DNA of 64,000 nucleotides, taken from assembly GCA_051252135.1 (NCBI GenBank), contig JBPOGH010000002.1, positions 322,153 to 386,152 on the forward strand. Direction: 5' to 3'. The number at the start of each line of letters is the position of its first letter. Within the stretch, counting starts at the first letter, position 1. The notes beneath the pieces are model-generated. The model did no database searches. It was not told where the DNA came from and saw only the letters and a program-made list of their open reading frames with translations. A program made the translations under genes and the position numbers. The DNA comes from Verrucomicrobiaceae bacterium (GTDB lineage: Bacteria; Verrucomicrobiota; Verrucomicrobiia; Verrucomicrobiales; Akkermansiaceae). Below, in pieces: positions 40,275-48,443 of the stretch.

Positions 40275-40298
40275 GCGACGGTCATAGACCGCCGCTAC
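40275..40298 (-). repeat. GTAG-type REP-like palindrome
   Basis: Minus strand GTAG-CGGCGGTC-TAT-GACCGTCG-C, between convergent genes. Confidence 0.6.
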
Positions 40299-40307
40299 AA
40301 CTTGGGG

Positions 40308-40634
40308 TTAGGGGGTGAGGAAGGGGGCGCACTTTTTTTGGAGGAGGGTGATGAGGGCGGGGTCCATGAAGGGGTAGTTATCGGGGATGTGGAGGATGGC
40401 GATTTTTTTGGATTTGAGGAGGGGGCCGAATTTTTTAGTGAGGCGGGTGCGGTGGATGGTTTCCATGACGAGGATGAGGTCGGCCCATTCGATTTGGTCG
40501 GCGGAGAGGGGGAGGTCGGCGTCTTTGCTGAGGCCGGCGGAGTCGGTGGCGACGCCGGGGTGATTGCGGAAGATTTCCTCGGCGGTGGGGCTGCGGAGGC
40601 GGTTGCGGGAGCAGAGGAAGAGGATGTGTTTCAT
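40308..40634 (-). CDS. Low-molecular-weight protein tyrosine phosphatase family protein
   Basis: LFLCSRNRLRSPTAE, SAG, IPDNY. Confidence 0.88.
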   Translation of the reverse strand: MKHILFLCSRNRLRSPTAEEIFRNHPGVATDSAGLSKDADLPLSADQIEWADLILVMETIHRTRLTKKFGPLLKSKKIAILHIPDNYPFMDPALITLLQKKCAPFLTP

Positions 40635-40649
40635 GAGGGAGGAGGGCGT

Positions 40650-40680
40650 AAAAAAGGCGATCGTTGGGGATCGCCTTGTT
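40650..40680 (-). terminator. Probable intrinsic terminator
   Basis: AAAAAAGGCGATC-GTTGGG-GATCGCCTT, T-run on the minus strand. Confidence 0.65.
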
Positions 40681-40701
40681 GAAGATGGAAGTGTGTGTGG
40701 G

Positions 40702-40953
40702 CTAGGTTCCGGCGACTCCTCCGCCGAGAATTCCTCCGACAACGATCAGGGCGAGGCCGATGAGCCACTTCATCAAATAGGGTTTACAGGTTTCCCAGTG
40801 TTTTGCGATGAAGACGAAGACGAAGAGCGGGATAAACAAGCTTCCAAGTCCCCAGAGAATGGATTTTTTGAAGGCCTGAATGAGGACCATGATGCCGAAG
40901 ATGAAGCAGATGATGCCGCCGATTAGAATGAGGATGGTGCCGATGAATGCCAT
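40702..40953 (-). CDS. Small membrane protein
   Basis: Three hydrophobic segments, AF..S..WG..LF.P...F...HW pattern. Confidence 0.7.
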   Translation of the reverse strand: MAFIGTILILIGGIICFIFGIMVLIQAFKKSILWGLGSLFIPLFVFVFIAKHWETCKPYLMKWLIGLALIVVGGILGGGVAGT

Positions 40954-41046
40954 GGTATGTGTGTGTTTATTTTTTGGGGTTTCCCGAGTGGGAAGTGGGG
41001 GATGATGGCAGGTCGAGGTGAATTGGCGATTTTAAAAGGGCGTGTG

Positions 41047-41811
41047 CTATTTCTCGAGTTGTTTGAGTCTGATGTTGCGGAACCAGACGGGCTGGCCTTC
41101 GGCCTGGAGGGCGATGTGGCCGAAGCTGAGCTTGAGGGGGACGCCGGCGGCGAGGAGGTCTTTGGTTGCGATGACGCGGCCCTCGGGATCGAGCTGGGGC
41201 TTTTGGTAGCGGAGGACTTCCTTGCCGTTGACGCGGTGGATGATTTCTTCGTCGCCGCGGACTTCCATTTCGATGGAGACCCATTGGTCGGCGGGGATGT
41301 TGGGTGAGGAGGATTGGACGATGTGGTCGGTGACGAGCTTGCCGTCGATCTCGATATTGGTGCCGGGGGTGCAGACGTTTCCGGTGGGGCGAGGGCCTTT
41401 GCCTTCGTCAGCGAGGAACTGGAATTCGATGCTGGCGGGGAATCCCTGATCGAGGGTCATGCTCTGAGGGGGTTGGGAGTGGACCATGACGCCGGAGTTG
41501 AGATTCACGTAGTGGGGTGCGTCGGGCATCATTTTACCGACGAACTTGTAGTCCATGCGGAGGATGTAGTGGGAGTAGGCGAGATTGGTGTAGAGGTGGC
41601 CGAAGCGTTTATCGAAGGAGGGGTATTTGTCGTACTCGCATTTGAGGATGCCGTCCTCGACGCGGAAGGTGTCGAAGGTGTTTTCTCCGAGGGGGTGCTT
41701 GGCGATTTTTGGGGTCCAGCCGGTGAGGTCTTTGCCGTTGAAGAGGGTGATCCAGCCGGAGTCATCGGCTTGGGCGAGTGAGGCGAGGAGGAAGAAAAGG
41801 GAGCGGATCAT
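41047..41811 (-). CDS. DUF1080 (3-keto-disaccharide hydrolase-like) exported protein
   Basis: W..LFNGKDLTGW, NSG, GHIALQAEG, FRNIR. Confidence 0.9.
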   Translation of the reverse strand: MIRSLFFLLASLAQADDSGWITLFNGKDLTGWTPKIAKHPLGENTFDTFRVEDGILKCEYDKYPSFDKRFGHLYTNLAYSHYILRMDYKFVGKMMPDAPHYVNLNSGVMVHSQPPQSMTLDQGFPASIEFQFLADEGKGPRPTGNVCTPGTNIEIDGKLVTDHIVQSSSPNIPADQWVSIEMEVRGDEEIIHRVNGKEVLRYQKPQLDPEGRVIATKDLLAAGVPLKLSFGHIALQAEGQPVWFRNIRLKQLEK

Positions 41812-41819
41812 GGTGGTTG

Positions 41820-42440
41820 TTATTCAGCGGTGGGATCGTGTGAGCGTTCGCGGAGGCAGAGGCCGATGGTTCCGACGAAAAGGAGGTAGCAGGCGAGGAG
41901 TTCGAGGTAGCTCTCGACGGTGCGCGGGATGTCGGGGTGGTAGTGGACTCCGAGGGTGGCGCTCCAGAGGTAGGGGGTGCCGAGGAAGCGCGCGAGGACG
42001 TAGATCATGATGAAAGCGGAGGCGAAGAAGCCGGCGGCGGGGTGAGTGGAGAACTCGAGGTAGAAGCGGGGGAATTGCTTACGGGCGCGGAAGATCATGA
42101 CGAGGACGATGATGCCGGCGGGGATGACGAGGAGTTTGCTGGGGATGTGAAGGATGGATTCGGCGAGGGCGTCTGCTTCTCCGACGGCGGCGGCGATGCC
42201 TCCGAAGCCCATGACGCGGTAGAAGGGGGCGACGCGGCCGGCGGACTTGGCGGCGCCGAACCAAAACGCGGCACTGGCGAGGAGGAGGATGACCTGCATG
42301 CCTTCGACGGCGCTTTCCTCGTTAGGCAGGGTGGGGTGGTTGGGGAGCCAGGCGGGGAAGAGGACGAAGATGGACCCGGCGATGATGAGGGCGGCAATGA
42401 TGATGCGCCTTTTCCAGGTGATGTTGTTGGCCTTGCTCAT
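41820..42440 (-). CDS. Hypothetical membrane protein
   Basis: About 6 TM segments, co-oriented with truA. Confidence 0.65.
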   Translation of the reverse strand: MSKANNITWKRRIIIAALIIAGSIFVLFPAWLPNHPTLPNEESAVEGMQVILLLASAAFWFGAAKSAGRVAPFYRVMGFGGIAAAVGEADALAESILHIPSKLLVIPAGIIVLVMIFRARKQFPRFYLEFSTHPAAGFFASAFIMIYVLARFLGTPYLWSATLGVHYHPDIPRTVESYLELLACYLLFVGTIGLCLRERSHDPTAE

Positions 42441-42452
42441 GGTGGTAGCGGG

Positions 42453-43199
42453 TTAGTAGTTTACCTCGAGGAGGGTGAGGCCATCGGCGGGGGCGCAGAG
42501 AGGGGATTTGGTGTCGGCGGGCTTTTCGACGAGTTGGTAGAGGTCATCGAGGCGGAGGTAGCCTTGGGCGGAGTTGACGGCGGCGCCGGTGAGGAGGCGG
42601 ACCATTTTGTAGAGGAAGCCGTTTCCGGTGAAGCGGATGAGGAAGCCGTCATGGGTGTGCTGGAAGGAGGCTTCGGTGATGGTGCGGGAGTAATCCGTCT
42701 CTTCGGTTTCATTGCCGCGATTGGCGGCGAAGGCGCGGAAGTCGTGGGTGCCCTGGAACATGCCGAGTGCTTCGGTGAGGTCCTCGGGATTGAGGAGGCG
42801 GGGGAGGTGCCAGGCGCGTCCGGCGAGGAAGGGAGGGAGGATGGGGAGGGTGCAGAGGTGGTAGGTGTAGGTTTTTTCGACGGCCTGAAAGCGGGAGTGG
42901 AAGTCGGGCGCAACCTCATCGCAGGAGAGGATGCGGATGGCGGCGGGGAGCTTGGTGTTGAGCGCGGGAACCCAGTTGAAGGGGTTCATGGTGAGGTGGT
43001 CGGGGGAATCGAAGTGGGCGACCTGGCCGAGGGCATGGACTCCGGCATCGGTCCGGCCGGAGCCGTGGAGGCGGACCTTTTCCTTGGCGGTGACTGCGAT
43101 GGCGGCTTCGATGAGGTCCTGAATGGTCTCGGCGTTGGGTTGGGATTGCCAGCCGGCGAAGGGTGCTCCGTCGTAGGCGATGGTGAGTTTGAGACGCAT
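42453..43199 (-). CDS. truA: tRNA pseudouridine(38-40) synthase
   Basis: YDG..F.GWQ, GRTDAGVHA, FHSRF, GFLYKMVR, APADGL. Confidence 0.96.
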   Translation of the reverse strand: MRLKLTIAYDGAPFAGWQSQPNAETIQDLIEAAIAVTAKEKVRLHGSGRTDAGVHALGQVAHFDSPDHLTMNPFNWVPALNTKLPAAIRILSCDEVAPDFHSRFQAVEKTYTYHLCTLPILPPFLAGRAWHLPRLLNPEDLTEALGMFQGTHDFRAFAANRGNETEETDYSRTITEASFQHTHDGFLIRFTGNGFLYKMVRLLTGAAVNSAQGYLRLDDLYQLVEKPADTKSPLCAPADGLTLLEVNY

Positions 43200-43207
43200 G
43201 TCGGGGG

Positions 43208-43621
43208 TTACCAGCCGAGGTAGTCGTTGAGGATTTCGAGGGCGGCGGCCTGATCGATGATGCCGCGTTGGTTTTTGGCATTTTTGCCGGCGGCGCGGAG
43301 TTTTTCGGAGGCGGTGACGGTGGTGAAGCGCTCGTCCGAGAGGGTGAGGGGGATATCGCCGAGGTGTGGGGTGAGGTCCTTGGCGAAGGCGCGAACCTTG
43401 GTGGAGCTGGTTCCTTCCGCCCCGTCCATGCGGAGGGGGAGGCCGAGGACGACGTGTTTGATTTTTCGTTCGGCGATGATCTCGACGATGCGCGGGATGA
43501 CCTGGGTCTTGCGGCAGTCGATGGTCTCGACGGGATGGGCCCCGATCCCGAATTCATCGGTGGCGGCGATGCCGATGCGGGCGTCTCCGTGGTCGATGGC
43601 GAGGATGGGGTGTTTGTGCAT
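43208..43621 (-). CDS. ruvX: YqgF/RuvX nuclease
   Basis: LAIDHGDARIGIA, GLPL.MDG, DERFTT, IDQAAA. Confidence 0.93.
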   Translation of the reverse strand: MHKHPILAIDHGDARIGIAATDEFGIGAHPVETIDCRKTQVIPRIVEIIAERKIKHVVLGLPLRMDGAEGTSSTKVRAFAKDLTPHLGDIPLTLSDERFTTVTASEKLRAAGKNAKNQRGIIDQAAALEILNDYLGW

Positions 43622-44694
43622 TAGAGGAGGTTTTCGGGGAGCTTGGGGCTGAGGTTTTTGATGGCGTCGGCCTGGTGGCGGTTGGCGATGAGGAGGGCGT
43701 CGTCTGTTTGGACGATGATGAGGTCATCGACGCCGAGGAGGGCGATCCGGGAGTCTTTGCGGGCGTTGAAGACGATGTTGTTCTGCGAGTCGATCTCGGT
43801 GATGGGGGTGTTGGTGCGGTTGTCATCGCCCTCGACGGGGAGATATTTCGCGACCGAGATCCAGGAGCCGACGTCATCCCAGTCGAAGGTGGCTTCGATA
43901 TTGAGGACGCGGTCGGCTTTTTCCATGAGGGCGTAGTCGATGGAGATGGGGGTGAGGTTGGCGAAGTCTGCGGCGATGGTTTGGTGGACGTCATCGGAGG
44001 CGGCGAGGGTGTCGATGAAGCCGGCGAGTTGAGGGGTGTGCTTGCGGAGTTGGTCGGTGACGGTGGAGACGTGCCAGACGAACATGCCGGCGTTCCAGGC
44101 GAAGTTGCCCTCGCGGAGGAATTCCTCGGCGAGCTCGGGGTTGGGTTTTTCGCGGAAGCGGACGACCTCGACGGTTTCGTGGGTGGTGGAGATTTCTCCG
44201 AGGTCGGCTTGTGCGCCGCGCTCGATGTATCCGAAGGAGGGGCAGGGCCAGGTGGGTTTGATGCCGATGGTGACGAGGCCATCGCTTCCGGAGGCGACCT
44301 CGAGGGTGTCCTTGAGGACGGACTGGAAGGCGTCGACATCCTGAATGAGTTGGTCGGAGGGGAGGACGGCCATGACGGCGTCGGGATTGCGCGCGGCGAC
44401 GAGTCCGATGCCGAGGGCGACGGCGGGAGCGGTGTCGCGCTTGGCGGGCTCGGCGAAGATGTTTTCGGGTGGAAGCATGGAGGCGACCTTGCGCACTTCC
44501 TCTTCTTGAAGGGCGTTGGTGAGGATGAGGATGTTTTCGGTGGGGATGAGTCCGGAGAGGCGGGAGATGGTCTGCTCCAGGAGGGTGGAGTCATCGAACA
44601 GGTTGAGGAGTTGTTTGGGTTTGGCGTTTCTGCTGAGGGGCCAGAATCGGGTGCCGCTGCCGCCGGCCAGGATCAATGCGTATGCTTCTCTCAT
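43621..44694 (-). CDS. manC: Mannose-1-phosphate guanylyltransferase
   Basis: LAGGSGTRFWPLSR..PKQ, FREKP, WNAGMF, SIDYALMEK, WDDVGSW. Confidence 0.92.
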   Translation of the reverse strand: MREAYALILAGGSGTRFWPLSRNAKPKQLLNLFDDSTLLEQTISRLSGLIPTENILILTNALQEEEVRKVASMLPPENIFAEPAKRDTAPAVALGIGLVAARNPDAVMAVLPSDQLIQDVDAFQSVLKDTLEVASGSDGLVTIGIKPTWPCPSFGYIERGAQADLGEISTTHETVEVVRFREKPNPELAEEFLREGNFAWNAGMFVWHVSTVTDQLRKHTPQLAGFIDTLAASDDVHQTIAADFANLTPISIDYALMEKADRVLNIEATFDWDDVGSWISVAKYLPVEGDDNRTNTPITEIDSQNNIVFNARKDSRIALLGVDDLIIVQTDDALLIANRHQADAIKNLSPKLPENLL

Positions 44695-44791
44695 CGGGGG
44701 TGATTCAATCGGGTGGGGGGCATCTTGTCAAAACTGCGGCACGAGTGTTTTTATTTTGGGCAAACGGGGGGCCATGGTTTAAGGTGAGGGC

Positions 44792-45112
44792 ATGGACGAG
44801 CGATACGAAGAGAAGGACTGGATTGATACGACGGCTGCGTTTGCCCCTGCGGTGCTGGGTGCGGCGGCCGGGGTGCTGATTGCGGATGTCCTGAGCGACA
44901 ATGCGCGGAAGTCTGTGGGTCTTTCTTTGGCTTGTCTGGGATTGGCGGCGCTGACACCGGCTTTGATTGAGACGATGATGCAGAAAGTGAATGGTCCCCA
45001 GACGCGACGTGGTTCCCAGCGGGTGTTACGGGGAATCCGTGACGGTGGGATTCCGGCGCGCGATATCAGCTTTGTGGAGCACGAGCTGGGTGAGGAGCTG
45101 GGAATCGGTTAG
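44792..45112 (+). CDS. Hypothetical 2-TM protein
   Basis: 106-aa ATG ORF preceded by TAAGGT-N6. Confidence 0.65.
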   Translation: MDERYEEKDWIDTTAAFAPAVLGAAAGVLIADVLSDNARKSVGLSLACLGLAALTPALIETMMQKVNGPQTRRGSQRVLRGIRDGGIPARDISFVEHELGEELGIG

Positions 45113-46059
45113 AGAGTCCCGGTGGGGCGCAGCTCGGCAGCGAGTTGGCGCACAGTTTCTTCAAGTCCGGTCCTGAAGGGGATGCGGGCTTTCCATTTTA
45201 GGGATTGGAGGGCCCGGCGGGTTTCGAGGGCGTGCCGTGGGCTGTCTTCGGGGATTCCCGAGGAGGTGGTGATGAGGGATTCGGGTTTGTGGAGGATTTT
45301 GAGGATGCGGCGGGCGAGTCCGAGGTCGGTATTTTCGCCGTTGGCGCCGAGGTGGTAGATCTGCCCGCGGCTTCCCAGCTCGAGGGCGGCGATGAGTCCG
45401 AGGGCGCAGTCGTCGACGTGCATCCAGTCACGGATTTGGCGGCCGGATCCTTCGAGTTGGACGGGTTGATCCCTGAGAGCGAGATAGACGAGGCGGGGAA
45501 TCAGTTCATGGCGCGGCTGTCCGGGGCCGTAGCAGTTGGTGGCGCGGGTGAGGATGATGTCCTGCCGGTGGGTCCTGGCGGCAGCGGCAGCGAAGAGATC
45601 GGCAGCGGCGTAGCTGGCGGCGACTGCTGATCCGGGGGCGAGGGGGGTGGTCTCACTGAATTTTTGGTGAACGGGAGTGGGCCCGTAGACCTCGTCTATG
45701 GAGCAGGTGACGAGAGGGATTTGGGCTTGGCGCGCCGCGTCAATCAGGTGGCTGGTGCCGGCGACGTTTTGAGAGATGAGAGCGGAGGGAGGGCTGGAGG
45801 GGAGGGCGGCGGCGAGGTGGATGATGGCGGTGATGGTGCCTTCCCGGAGGATGTTTTCGACGAGATCAGGCTGAAGGAGGTCGCCGGGGATGAGGTGGAG
45901 GCGGGTTGAATGTTTGATTTTGGCGAGTCCGGGGGAGTCGGTTCTTTTATCGAGGGCGACGACGCGGGCGATCCCATCGCGTGCGAGGAGTTGCCGGCAA
46001 ACCGAGGAGCCGAGGAAGCCGCCGCCACCGGTGACCAGAACTGAACTTAAATTTCGCAC
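45109..46059 (-). CDS. RmlB-like NAD-dependent epimerase/dehydratase with substituted catalytic residues
   Basis: VTGGGGFLG, HLAA, DEVYG, NCYGPGQ, RDWMHVDD; YxxxK replaced by VAASY. Confidence 0.8.
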   Translation of the reverse strand: MRNLSSVLVTGGGGFLGSSVCRQLLARDGIARVVALDKRTDSPGLAKIKHSTRLHLIPGDLLQPDLVENILREGTITAIIHLAAALPSSPPSALISQNVAGTSHLIDAARQAQIPLVTCSIDEVYGPTPVHQKFSETTPLAPGSAVAASYAAADLFAAAAARTHRQDIILTRATNCYGPGQPRHELIPRLVYLALRDQPVQLEGSGRQIRDWMHVDDCALGLIAALELGSRGQIYHLGANGENTDLGLARRILKILHKPESLITTSSGIPEDSPRHALETRRALQSLKWKARIPFRTGLEETVRQLAAELRPTGTL

Positions 46060-46177
46060 TTTTTAACAACTAAGGATGATCGGGAGTGATAGACTCTTAT
46101 GGATTAGTGGGAGTCATGGGAAGGATGTTCAAATGCCATTGACCCGAATCTTTTACTGTGGTCGATTGGGAGTGCAA

Positions 46178-46873
46178 ATGAAAACCCCATCGTACCTGCT
46201 CCTTAGCGGAGTCGCCATTGGACTCACCTCCTGTGGTGCTCTTAAGAATGTGAATCAGCCTCTGTCCACGGACGGTAGTTTTGATCCCCTTGACGGTCCC
46301 GGCACCCGGGACACTTCCGGTTCCCAATCTTTCGCGCCCTCTGCGGTGGCCTACACGCCCGGCCAGTGGGTGGAGACCTCCATGGCGAACTCGACTTTCT
46401 TCCGTGCGATTCCCAAGGGTGATGCGACCGCAGACAAGGTGCTGCCAGCGGGAACGCCATTGAAATTTGTGGCGTCCCAAGGTTCCTATTTGAAGGTGGA
46501 GCTTGATTCGGGTGATGTGGGGTTTGTTCCCGAGATCATGGTGACCGAGAAGGGCTCGATCAATGCGGTGCCTTACATTCCGGGTCAGCCTGTTGACGGT
46601 GTGGGGATGCCTCCGGCGATTCCGGGTGTGCCTGATGATGACGGCTTTGTGCCCATTGATTCTGTTCCGACCTTTGATCCGACGCTTCCGGCACCTCCAA
46701 CGCCTCCAGCACCGCCGGTTGGGGATATCCCTGTTCCGACGGTTCCTGAGATTCCGGCAAATCCGGATGTGCCCGAAATTCCGGCCCCACCGACTCCGCC
46801 CAAGGCTCCCACGGATGAGGCTCCCGCTCCACCCGAGATTCCGGGAATTACGGAGCCGGACACGACCGATTAG
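46178..46873 (+). CDS. SH3-like lipoprotein with Pro-rich tail
   Basis: LTSC lipobox; LPAGTPL...YLKVELDSGDVGFVP; PEIP/PPTPP repeats. Confidence 0.75.
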   Translation: MKTPSYLLLSGVAIGLTSCGALKNVNQPLSTDGSFDPLDGPGTRDTSGSQSFAPSAVAYTPGQWVETSMANSTFFRAIPKGDATADKVLPAGTPLKFVASQGSYLKVELDSGDVGFVPEIMVTEKGSINAVPYIPGQPVDGVGMPPAIPGVPDDDGFVPIDSVPTFDPTLPAPPTPPAPPVGDIPVPTVPEIPANPDVPEIPAPPTPPKAPTDEAPAPPEIPGITEPDTTD

Positions 46874-46893
46874 ATCGGCGGCATCCATTTTTT

Positions 46894-46927
46894 AACGGCT
46901 CCGGGATATCCGGGGCCGTTTTTTTTT
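46894..46927 (+). terminator. Intrinsic terminator
   Basis: AACGGCTCCGG-GATAT-CCGGGGCCGTT followed by a T-run. Confidence 0.85.
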
Positions 46928-46959
46928 GCCTGATCTGATTCACTGGTTAGCCTTAACGC

Positions 46960-47787
46960 ATGATTGAAGCGTTGATTGTCCTTATTTTGTTGGTGATGCT
47001 GCAAGCTGTCCTTGGATTTGACAACTTGCTTTATATTTCACTGGAGTCCCGCCGGGCTCCCAAGGCGGATCAGAGTCGGGTGCGGAAGTTGGGAATCGGG
47101 ATCGCGGTGGGGTTGCGGATTGTTTTGCTGTTTGTGCTGATTCAGTTGGTTTCCCACTTGCAGAATCCGTGGTTTTCGTTTCCGAAGGGCGGGTGGGTGG
47201 AGGGGACGTTTAATTTCCACTCTGTGATCGTGCTCTTCGGGGGTGTTTTTATTCTGTATACGGCGGTAAAGGAGATTCTGCACATGATGTCGCTGGAGGA
47301 GGACGGGCATTTGCAGGAGAGGGAGGAATCTTCCTCGGGGAAAGTGATTTTCAAGATCGTGCTGATGAACGTGATCTTTTCCTTTGATTCAATTTTGAGT
47401 GCGATGGCCTTGGCGAGTATCAAGGATGCGAGCGGTATGACGGTCGGGTATCAGCTGCCGGTGATGGTGCTGGCGATCCTGATTGGCGGGGTGCTGATGA
47501 TTGTGTTGGCGGACAAGGTGTCGACTTTTCTTCAGAAGAACCGGATGTATGAAGTGCTGGGGCTTTTTGTGCTTTTTGTGGTGGGAATTATGCTGCTGAC
47601 GGAGGGCGGGCATCTGGCGCATCTCGCGTTCTTCGGGAATGAGATTCACGCGATGACGAAGACGACGTTTTACTTCGTGATCGGGGTGCTGATTCTCACG
47701 GATTTGGTGCAAGGGCGCTATCAGAAGAAGCTGAACAGGGCGAAGATTGCGCGGCTTGGCGGGGGAGATTTGAACGCCGAACACTAG
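46960..47787 (+). CDS. TerC-family membrane protein
   Basis: LQAVLGFDNL, FSFDSILSA. Confidence 0.88.
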   Translation: MIEALIVLILLVMLQAVLGFDNLLYISLESRRAPKADQSRVRKLGIGIAVGLRIVLLFVLIQLVSHLQNPWFSFPKGGWVEGTFNFHSVIVLFGGVFILYTAVKEILHMMSLEEDGHLQEREESSSGKVIFKIVLMNVIFSFDSILSAMALASIKDASGMTVGYQLPVMVLAILIGGVLMIVLADKVSTFLQKNRMYEVLGLFVLFVVGIMLLTEGGHLAHLAFFGNEIHAMTKTTFYFVIGVLILTDLVQGRYQKKLNRAKIARLGGGDLNAEH

Positions 47788-47827
47788 CGCTCGGTTGCGC
47801 GCGGAGGGGGCGTGGGCTCTTGCGGGC

Positions 47828-48424
47828 CTAGGACTTTCTGAAGACGGCGAGGTGCTTGTCGACGGATTTTCCGGGGGCGTCGGAGAGGGCGCGGGAGTTT
47901 GGGTTGGCGAGGGAGCCGACCTGGATGGCGCCGAGTTGTTCGAGGGCGCGGGTGGCGAGCTCGTGTTCTTTATCGAAGTAGGACGTGATGACGAGGAGAC
48001 CGTCCTGGTCGAGGCGCTCGAGGGCCTGGTCGAAGATTTGGGACCAGACGGGTTTGTCGTTCCAGTAGTTTTGGTGACGGAGGAAGGCGATGTCCGGGGT
48101 GCCGACTTCTTTGAGGTCGAGGAGGCGGTCGCCGCGGTGGACGATGAAGTCGGAGGTGGTCTTTTCCTCGAGTTCCTGTTTCCAGCGTGAGTTGGCCTGG
48201 CCGATCTCGGGGGCGCGGATGTCGAGGCCCTGGATGTGGGCGGATTTTGATTTTTCGGCGAGGATTTTGGCGAGGACTCCGGTTTCGTCTGCGCGGCCGC
48301 AGGCGAGATTGAGGAGGCTGAGGTGTTCTTTTTCGCTGAGGTGTGGCTTGAGGAGGGTACGAAGGTTTTTTTCCAGGGTGGAGAGGTCGCCTTGGAGGAG
48401 TTCGTGGAAGGGAGTGTGGGCCAC
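47828..48424 (-). CDS. Class I SAM-dependent methyltransferase-like protein
   Basis: LLNLACGRADE motif I, GLDIR motif II. Confidence 0.7.
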   Translation of the reverse strand: MAHTPFHELLQGDLSTLEKNLRTLLKPHLSEKEHLSLLNLACGRADETGVLAKILAEKSKSAHIQGLDIRAPEIGQANSRWKQELEEKTTSDFIVHRGDRLLDLKEVGTPDIAFLRHQNYWNDKPVWSQIFDQALERLDQDGLLVITSYFDKEHELATRALEQLGAIQVGSLANPNSRALSDAPGKSVDKHLAVFRKS

Positions 48425-48443
48425 GCGGGGACGGTAAGGGAAC

